Positions 31,716-38,065 of a stretch of 38,065 nucleotides of DNA are shown piece after piece. The translations under genes were made by a program, and so were the position numbers. Position 1 is the first letter of the stretch. Each line of letters starts with the position of its first letter. This DNA is from an uncultured Ruminococcus sp. (lineage in GTDB: Bacteria > Bacillota > Clostridia > Oscillospirales > Ruminococcaceae), in assembly GCA_946540705.1 (NCBI GenBank), contig CAMNJD010000565.1, positions 1 through 38,065 on the forward strand, in the 5' to 3' direction. Below the pieces are notes generated by a model. The model was not told the origin of the DNA, did not search any database, and saw nothing but the letters and a program-made list of their open reading frames with translations.

Positions 31716-32083
31716 CCTTTCACCGCCTTTTCGATCGCTTTCTCTGCTTCCTTCTCCGCCCAGTTTTCAACGGCGCGGATGTGCGGCTGCGCCTTTACCC
31801 AGCCTTTCTTATTCCGCGTCCGGTGTCCGTCTTCAAGCAGGTGTGTCAGGCTTGCGTTTGCTTTGCTCTGGTGGATCGTAATTTCCAGCCGCCCCCCGGC
31901 ATCATTGGTGTCCAGCTTCCAGCCACGGCGGTATTTTCCTGTGCGGATCGGTGATGCCGCCTTGACCTTTTTCAGCGCTGTTTCGCCGACCGTTTGCAGC
32001 CCTGCGCGGATCTCAGCGTGTACAGCATCGCTGTACTGCTCCATTGCTTGGACGATCTGGATGCTCAACTCCTGATCAGGCAT
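31712..32083 (-). CDS. HK97 gp10-family neck protein
   Basis: Track ORF 31712..32257. Start at ATG 32083 (8-nt overlap ATGCCTGA). TGKYRRGWK...LTHLLEDGH resembles the gp10 family. Confidence 0.6.
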   Translation of the reverse strand: MPDQELSIQIVQAMEQYSDAVHAEIRAGLQTVGETALKKVKAASPIRTGKYRRGWKLDTNDAGGRLEITIHQSKANASLTHLLEDGHRTRNKKGWVKAQPHIRAVENWAEKEAEKAIEKAVKG

Positions 32084-32735
32084 TGAGATCACCGATCCTC
32101 TCGCCGAGGTACAGATCGACGCAGTCCCCGACATACCGCACAGAGCCGATCCGGTACGTTTTCCCGTCGTACTCTGCGCGGCGTTCGCCGTTGTACTCGT
32201 CGCGGAATATCCGAAGCCGGTGTGCGAGCATAAGGTCGATCTGGTATGCGTCCGCACGCTCGTCCTGCGTTGTCTCGTACTCGATGCACGGCAGGTCGAG
32301 CGTCGTTTCCGTCTTGATCTGCTGCCCGATCTCGTCCTCCGTGGTCGATTCCGAGATCAGAGCGATCGTTCCGGTGCGAATTCTGCTTGCAATCAGCTTG
32401 ATGATCGTGCGGCGCTCGTTGTAGTCATCGTAGTCCGTCAGCTCATATGGCTCGCCGCCGTAGATGATCCGGTAGTGCTGGATTTCACTGCGAACACCGT
32501 CAAGTGCAGCATGATACCGGACGCGGAACGTGCAGCGACTGCTGTGTGCGTTGTCAGATGGATTCTGACCGCCCATGCTGATTGCTTTGTTGATGTTGCC
32601 GTGAAGATGCTCAAACGATGTCCAAATGTGCTGCGTCAGGTCGTAGTGTTGCAGCTCAAACGGTTTATCAAAGACGAGACGGTCTTCGGCCTGTTCAGCC
32701 GGTGTTTTCGCCTTTGACGCTTTTACTGGTTTCAT
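32076..32735 (-). CDS. head-closure / head-tail adaptor, double-length
   Basis: 219 aa. GGAGGTG lies 7 nt upstream. Residues 60-115 (CTFRVRYHAALDG...YRIIYGGEPYELTDYDD) fit the head-closure pattern. The second half has a similar YRIGSV...VDLYLGE ending. Confidence 0.55.
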   Translation of the reverse strand: MKPVKASKAKTPAEQAEDRLVFDKPFELQHYDLTQHIWTSFEHLHGNINKAISMGGQNPSDNAHSSRCTFRVRYHAALDGVRSEIQHYRIIYGGEPYELTDYDDYNERRTIIKLIASRIRTGTIALISESTTEDEIGQQIKTETTLDLPCIEYETTQDERADAYQIDLMLAHRLRIFRDEYNGERRAEYDGKTYRIGSVRYVGDCVDLYLGERIGDLNA

Positions 32736-33009
32736 CGCTGTTCACCTCCACCGCGTGATTTGCCCGCAGCATGACGAGCTCGTGCTTATAGTTGCCCTCA
32801 AAATCTTCGCTCGCGTTATTGTAGATGTAGCGGCACAGATCGAGGAGCAGCTGCTTTTCGGACGATTCCGTGTTAAAGTCAAGCGTTGCACCGGCATAGC
32901 CGCAGAGCTTAGTCTGTGCTCTTGCGAGGATGCCGGTAACATTGCTTTCAGTGTGCGGATCGCTCCATGTGATGCCGATATAGGTCTTAACGTCGTCGAT
33001 CAGTGCCAC
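32695..33009 (-). CDS. gp6-like head-tail connector (Phage_connect_1)
   Basis: 104 aa. MALIDDVKTYIGITWSDPHTESNVTGILARAQTKL is typical of this family. Confidence 0.7.
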   Translation of the reverse strand: MALIDDVKTYIGITWSDPHTESNVTGILARAQTKLCGYAGATLDFNTESSEKQLLLDLCRYIYNNASEDFEGNYKHELVMLRANHAVEVNSDETSKSVKGENTG

Positions 33010-33025
33010 TGCTACTCACCTCACA

Positions 33026-34222
33026 TCATGTCGTCTGCGGCGTGTTCTCGATGCTGCCGTTGATCGTCACGACCGGAGACGCTGCGACCAGACCGGAAAT
33101 ATCGAGGTACATAAATGCGTTGATGTCATACGGGCGACCGGTGCCGTAGAACTTGATCTTGTAGGTGCGGAGATCCTCGACGAACTTGTACTCATCGCTG
33201 TACTCCAGCTTGCCGCCGCGACCGGTACCGACTCCCATAAAATACTTCTTTGCAATGCCGAGGACAGCCTTGCCGGAAGGAACGCCGACGGACTGCACGA
33301 TGTCAGTCGGGAACGGCAGCACATTGCCGACATAAGTGCCCATCGGAGTCAGCGCAGTCGTTGCCGGCATCACCTTGGTGAAGTAGTCAGCCGGATTTAC
33401 GATCAGGACGACGCGGGAGATTGCGCGCGGCTTGCTGGTAATGCCGTCAGTCGCAAGCGTTGCAAGCAGTGTACCGTATGTGCTCGGATCCAGCTTTGTA
33501 ACGGTGGTCGCGGTCTTGCGGGCGTATCCGGTGGACTGATTAAAGTTACCGGTAAAGTTTCTGGTCATACCGATCGGCTGCTTGAGACCGTTGCCGTCAA
33601 CGATGCCGGTTTCCAGACCTGCTGCGAGCGCATCCGCCAGGATCGCACGGACATAGCGGTCAACCCACTGCGGTCCGAGCGCGAGCATGTCCTGCGTCGC
33701 AAACATGTACGCGGAGAGCTTGCACTGCGTCAGGTCGATGACCTGGATTGCACCGGCAAGATCCTTGGTGATCGGAGTGTTGAGCTCGTCCCACGTTGCA
33801 GCCTGTGCACCCTGTGCGTTGAGCACCCACTTGATCGCAGCGCCGGTATTCGTAAAGTCGATCATATCGAGCAGCGGATAAGCTGCGCGCATATCGTCCA
33901 TCACGCTGTCGATGACGGTCTGCGGGAGTGCACTGGTGATGTTGGTGATAACGGTCTGTGCGTCGCCGCGAGCAGCGGAAATGAAATCATTGTAGAACTT
34001 GGTCTCCTCAGCGGTCAGCTGGCGGATGCCGCGAGCTGCGAGGATGCTGCGGTCAGTCGCATCGACCAGGCCGTTCGCCTCGTCCATGACGGTCTCAGAC
34101 ACAAACTGCATCCAGCTATCCATTGCTGCGCCGAGCGCTTCCTCGTCATTCGCACGGATCGCATCGGCAAGCGCATTACGCAGCTTGTCTTTTTCCTGCT
34201 TGATCTTATCGAGATTTTTCAT
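33026..34222 (-). CDS. major capsid protein, HK97 family
   Basis: 398 aa after the protease gene. N-terminal delta-like helical region followed by the capsid core. Confidence 0.85.
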   Translation of the reverse strand: MKNLDKIKQEKDKLRNALADAIRANDEEALGAAMDSWMQFVSETVMDEANGLVDATDRSILAARGIRQLTAEETKFYNDFISAARGDAQTVITNITSALPQTVIDSVMDDMRAAYPLLDMIDFTNTGAAIKWVLNAQGAQAATWDELNTPITKDLAGAIQVIDLTQCKLSAYMFATQDMLALGPQWVDRYVRAILADALAAGLETGIVDGNGLKQPIGMTRNFTGNFNQSTGYARKTATTVTKLDPSTYGTLLATLATDGITSKPRAISRVVLIVNPADYFTKVMPATTALTPMGTYVGNVLPFPTDIVQSVGVPSGKAVLGIAKKYFMGVGTGRGGKLEYSDEYKFVEDLRTYKIKFYGTGRPYDINAFMYLDISGLVAASPVVTINGSIENTPQTT

Positions 34223-34235
34223 GTGTTATCCTCCT

Positions 34236-34931
34236 TCAGATAAACTGGTTGATGACCGCCATGCACTTTGCGTGCCGGCGCTCCATTTCTTCGGCGGCTG
34301 CCTGCTTTGCCAGCTTTTCGGCAGCCTGATTCTTTGCGGCGCTGTCCGGTTCCGGATCGTCGCCGGCATCGTCATCGCTGTGCTTGTCAGCAAATCCGTA
34401 CTCAATGCACTGTTCTGCGGTGAGGTAGGTTTCCGCATCGAGCATTTCCGTCAGTTTCTCATGCGTCAGCTTATCGCCGGCGCGGTCAAGATACGCCTGG
34501 ATCGCGGCGGAGTTGATGACGTCGAGATCATCAGCAGCTTTGCGCAGCTCCTTCGCGTTACCCATTGCAACAATCCATGCATTATGGATCATCATACAGG
34601 TATTTTTAGGCATGATGACGGTATCGCCTGCCATTGCGATGACGGACGCGATCGAGCACGCAAAGCCGTCAATGTAAACGGTCTTGTGCGCCTTGTGACG
34701 TTTAAGCTGATTGTAGATTGCGATGCCTTCCAGCACCGAGCCGCCGAGACTGTTGATGTAGATTTTGATCTCTTTCGCATTTTCATACTCTTTGAGCATG
34801 TCGTAAAAATGCTTTGCAGAGGTCTCGGACTCTTTCCACCAGCTGTCACTCTCAACGGTGTTGTAGATCCGGAGCTCAAGCGTGTCCGTTTCCGGCTCAT
34901 ACTCCATTTTCCAGCTTGTCGGTGTCTGCAT
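34236..34931 (-). CDS. ClpP-like head maturation protease
   Basis: Track ORF 34236..35009. Start at ATG 34931 (AGGAGGTG 6 nt upstream). IYINSLGGSV, GFACSIASVIAMAGD (Ser) and MIHNAW (His) motifs. Confidence 0.85.
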   Translation of the reverse strand: MQTPTSWKMEYEPETDTLELRIYNTVESDSWWKESETSAKHFYDMLKEYENAKEIKIYINSLGGSVLEGIAIYNQLKRHKAHKTVYIDGFACSIASVIAMAGDTVIMPKNTCMMIHNAWIVAMGNAKELRKAADDLDVINSAAIQAYLDRAGDKLTHEKLTEMLDAETYLTAEQCIEYGFADKHSDDDAGDDPEPDSAAKNQAAEKLAKQAAAEEMERRHAKCMAVINQFI

Positions 34932-36102
34932 TTCCCTCACCTCCTTCCAATGCTTCGGCAATGGTGCCGTAATTTTTCGTGATAAATCGTGTGCTGCAAC
35001 CCGGCTCATCCGACTCAGGGATTCCGAACGCGCGGAACAGTTCGTTCAGCGTCCACCCAGAACCAATCAGCTTGTCGATGCCGGCAGAATCGGCGAGAAG
35101 ATCGTGGTGCAGAATGCTTCCGGTGTCAACGACGATCCGTCCACCCTGCATGATGTCGTGTGTGGTGTACAGCTTGCCGGTCAGCTCCTGCGAGATCATT
35201 TCCGCAAGCGGCTTGATGCAGTTCGTCATCATCGCAGCCTGCGAGTCCTTGATCCCGGCAGCATCTCCGCGCATGTAGCTCGGCGGTACGCCAAAGACCT
35301 GTGCCGCTCTGCTGATCGCCTCGTCCGCCAGCGTCTTGACGGATGTCAGATCGTTGGTGTAGGTGCCGGAACCGCCGCCACTGCTCTGTGGTGTGTAGTC
35401 GTAGCCGTCGAACAGCGGAAGCACGGCATTCGCACTCTCGAAGTAGTTGCGGAAATACTCATTCTGCATCTTCTTGAACTGTTCTTCGAAATCTGTTTTT
35501 CCCTGTGCGACTGCCGAGACTTTGAGGATGCCTTTTTCGCCGCCAGCTTTCTTGAATCTCTTTGCAGCAGAAGTCATCAGCCGCTCGTACTGTACCATGA
35601 TCTGCTGGATCCATGCGGCGCGGGCGTTGACGGAAGACTGCAAAAAGATCACATCCATGCTGCGAAACTGCCGTGATACCGTCATGTCTGCACGCTGGAT
35701 ATCGCTAAAAATGTCGCCGCGCAGTGCGTCATCAATTCGGTTGAAACTTTCTGCGAGAATTCGCTGCCCGTCCGGCAGTTCCACGCACAAAGATTCACCG
35801 GTAAGGAGCAGCCGCGCGACCATCTCGCGTTTCCATGCTGCGGCGTTTTGATTTTTGTTCGGCTTTACGTTCAGAGCCGACCATTCAGCGCCATGCATCT
35901 CTTTGCCGTCACGGTAGACGCGAAACTCACAGCCGGACAGGAGCCCGGAGATCAAATGTACCACCGAGAAAAGTGCAAACGCATCGAGCGCCGCTTTTTC
36001 TTCGATCGTTCCGTCACGATAGTTTGTCACGTCATACAGCCCGGCTTTCGGCGGTTTGAACATCCGGCCGAGCCAGTCAACAATTTTTCCCGTCGGGATC
36101 AC
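34897..36102 (-). CDS. portal protein, HK97 family
   Basis: 401 aa directly after terL. Size and position fit the HK97-type portal. Confidence 0.85.
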   Translation of the reverse strand: MIPTGKIVDWLGRMFKPPKAGLYDVTNYRDGTIEEKAALDAFALFSVVHLISGLLSGCEFRVYRDGKEMHGAEWSALNVKPNKNQNAAAWKREMVARLLLTGESLCVELPDGQRILAESFNRIDDALRGDIFSDIQRADMTVSRQFRSMDVIFLQSSVNARAAWIQQIMVQYERLMTSAAKRFKKAGGEKGILKVSAVAQGKTDFEEQFKKMQNEYFRNYFESANAVLPLFDGYDYTPQSSGGGSGTYTNDLTSVKTLADEAISRAAQVFGVPPSYMRGDAAGIKDSQAAMMTNCIKPLAEMISQELTGKLYTTHDIMQGGRIVVDTGSILHHDLLADSAGIDKLIGSGWTLNELFRAFGIPESDEPGCSTRFITKNYGTIAEALEGGEGNADTDKLENGV

Positions 36103-36109
36103 TCCTTTC

Positions 36110-37771
36110 TCAGTATGTCCATACGCCGGAAACTACCGGTTCAGCAGTTTTCGCATTTGCGTATGCGTCCAGCACATCTGAAATGCACTCCGCGGCGACG
36201 AACGCCTTGAACGTGTCTGTCTTCCGGCTTTTCGGCTCAATCTTGCCGTATGTGATATTGCCGGACGGTGATGTTATTGTCTTACTGTTGTTCGTCATCC
36301 ACCGCATCACCGGCGAATCTCCCCAGACGAAACGATGCCCAACAAAGCCACTTGTGATCAGCGGGATCCTGCGCATTTCATCTCTTGGACGGATGAGCAG
36401 CACGTTCCGGCGATCCTTATCAGCGTAAAAGTTGATTTCTTCCAGCGCGTTCTTCATCAGTGCAAACCGGTAATCGTCTATGCCGGCAAGCAGCATCGGC
36501 GCATTTCGCTTTGCTGCTTCGTTTGCCAGCCAGACGCACGGCAGCTCCGGCGGGATCTCGACGGCATCGACAAATGTCACAAGCCCGCGGGCTTCCCATT
36601 CCCGCAGCGGCGCCTTGATCCGTTTCAAATCCGCACACTGGTTGCAGATCCATGTGTGCGAAATCCAGATATCCCGATTGCCGACGCGCCAGAGCAGACC
36701 GGCGCCGAGGAAGTCGGTAGTTTTCATGTAGTCGATGCCGATCACGCACGGTCTGCCGATCAGATCCGCCTCCTGGATTTCCTGATTCGTGGCGAGAATA
36801 TCCTCCCACGAGGCGACACCGTTCTCGCGGATCTTCGGCGGGCGGTTCATGCGCTTCGTGATAAATGCGGTATTGCTTGCCGGATTGCGCTTGTACTCCG
36901 CAAACTCGGTGCGCATCTGTTCGAGCAGCGTCGGCAGATACCGCAGCGACGGATTTGCTTTGTGCCACATACGCTCGTCATAGGCTTCCTCGTCCGCATC
37001 GAGCCGGCAGATAAACACCAGCATGCCGTTGTCAGGCTCATCACCGTCGAGGATTGCTTCCCCTTGCTCGATCTTGTCATCGAGCGGACCGCCGCGGACA
37101 TCGCCGTCTGTTGTCGTCCATGTCTGGCGCGGAAATCGCTTTTTGCCGAGACCGGTTGTGGCAACCGTAATCAGCTTGTAGTTTTCGTATGCGTGGATCT
37201 CGTCAAGATCGATCTTGCCGGGACGTGCACCGTCTTTCGTCTTGCTGTTCGACGTTCGAAACTGGAACTTTGATCCGGTGTCTGTGCATGTGATCAGCTC
37301 TTTCGTCCAGCGGAAGTGCTTCCGCATCTTCTGCTTGTTGGCTTCGAGCACGTTCCAGACGTCCGTGAACGACTGCTTTGCCTGGTCTTCTGATGTCGCA
37401 AAAATGTCGATGTCGTATTCCGGCACGCCGTTGGTCGCGGTCAGCAGACAAAAGTCCTCAAATCCGAGATACCCGTTCTTGCCGGCTCCGCGACCTACAT
37501 ACACAAACGCGATCGGGAACCGTAACTGACCGTCTGCACGGTATGTGCAATTGTGCAGCGCAAAAATGAATTTTTCCCACGGGAAGAGCTCGAACGGGAA
37601 GTATTTTTCATAGCTCAGATACTCTGCAAGCTGGTCGGTGTTGATCGTCAGTGTTTCTGTTGCGAAGACCCGTTCCACAAAATCGCAGAGTTTCAGCTGC
37701 TCCTTGCAGACCGCGTATTCGCCGCCGCGCACGATGCGAATATAGTCATCAATTTCTTTACAGCCGGTCAT
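36110..37771 (-). CDS. terL: terminase large subunit (Terminase_1)
   Basis: 553 aa. Walker A-like VGRGAGKNG. The C-terminal half resembles an RNaseH-like nuclease. Overlaps terS by 14 nt. Confidence 0.9.
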   Translation of the reverse strand: MTGCKEIDDYIRIVRGGEYAVCKEQLKLCDFVERVFATETLTINTDQLAEYLSYEKYFPFELFPWEKFIFALHNCTYRADGQLRFPIAFVYVGRGAGKNGYLGFEDFCLLTATNGVPEYDIDIFATSEDQAKQSFTDVWNVLEANKQKMRKHFRWTKELITCTDTGSKFQFRTSNSKTKDGARPGKIDLDEIHAYENYKLITVATTGLGKKRFPRQTWTTTDGDVRGGPLDDKIEQGEAILDGDEPDNGMLVFICRLDADEEAYDERMWHKANPSLRYLPTLLEQMRTEFAEYKRNPASNTAFITKRMNRPPKIRENGVASWEDILATNQEIQEADLIGRPCVIGIDYMKTTDFLGAGLLWRVGNRDIWISHTWICNQCADLKRIKAPLREWEARGLVTFVDAVEIPPELPCVWLANEAAKRNAPMLLAGIDDYRFALMKNALEEINFYADKDRRNVLLIRPRDEMRRIPLITSGFVGHRFVWGDSPVMRWMTNNSKTITSPSGNITYGKIEPKSRKTDTFKAFVAAECISDVLDAYANAKTAEPVVSGVWTY

Positions 37772-38063
37772 CGTCCACCGCCGCTACGGTGTCAATGCTT
37801 AGGTTCAGCTGTTTCAGGATTGCGAGCATCGACTTGTTTGTGTCGCGCAGTTCCTTGATCGAGCTGTTTGGCTGCTTGACCAGGATGCCGCGCGCGTTGG
37901 GCACTTCGACAATCGTGCCGCGTTTCCGGATGTCGGTTTTCAGCTTCTCGCATACGCGGAACATCATGAGATAATCTGCAATCAGGGCACGAAAAACTTC
38001 AATGTCCGCGCCATTCGCTTTCAGCTGCTCCATCAGCGATGTTTCAAGTGCTTTTTGCGTCAT
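37758..38063 (-). CDS. terS: terminase small subunit, P27 family
   Basis: 101 aa. LMEQL...DIEVFRALIADY...KQPNSSIKELRDTNKSMLAILKQL is typical of P27-family TerS. The ATG is 2 nt from the right window edge. Confidence 0.8.
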   Translation of the reverse strand: MTQKALETSLMEQLKANGADIEVFRALIADYLMMFRVCEKLKTDIRKRGTIVEVPNARGILVKQPNSSIKELRDTNKSMLAILKQLNLSIDTVAAVDDDRL

Positions 38064-38065
38064 TT

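Noticed and set aside
1-38065. Diversity-generating retroelement, retron, or CRISPR/anti-CRISPR style elements
   Set aside because: No reverse transcriptase-like ORF (no YxDD motif seen), no template/variable repeat pair noticed near the tail fibre genes, and no cas genes. Anti-CRISPR status of the small proteins cannot be judged from sequence alone.

Overview
The window reads as one complete temperate siphovirus-type phage genome (HK97-like head, long non-contractile tail). The host is probably Gram-positive and Clostridia-like, judged from AGGAGG-type ribosome binding sites (RBS), TTG/GTG starts and a CHAP + PG_binding_1 endolysin. The genome is in the non-integrated arrangement. Going down the minus strand from the right end: terS, terL, portal, ClpP-type protease, major capsid, connector and neck proteins, major tail protein, G/GT chaperone with a -1 frameshift, tape measure, Dit, a beta-helix protein, Tal, knob-type receptor-binding protein, holin and endolysin (38063 to 22897). 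Next comes a plus-strand, AT-rich five-gene accessory (moron) cassette with its own consensus promoter (20410-22896). After that are an attP-like region with a tRNA 3-prime-end core and arm-type repeats (20058-20277) and the plus-strand lysogeny genes: CI-like repressor, DEDDh exonuclease and integrase (17640-20108). A divergent consensus-promoter switch carries three operators (17511-17620). The minus-strand early region (17480 to 19) encodes Cro-like, ORF6N, DUF3846-like, SMC-like ATPase, Sak4-like ATPase, DUF669-like, SF2 helicase and primase-polymerase/helicase proteins. It also holds an iteron array, RusA, Cys-rich small proteins, a second low-GC tyrosine recombinase coupled to an HsdM-like protein without the catalytic motif, a late activator and an HNH endonuclease. 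The candidates most worth follow-up are the accessory cassette, the recombinase/HsdM-like pair and the exonuclease inside the lysogeny module. All family calls come from motif recognition by eye. No database search was possible.
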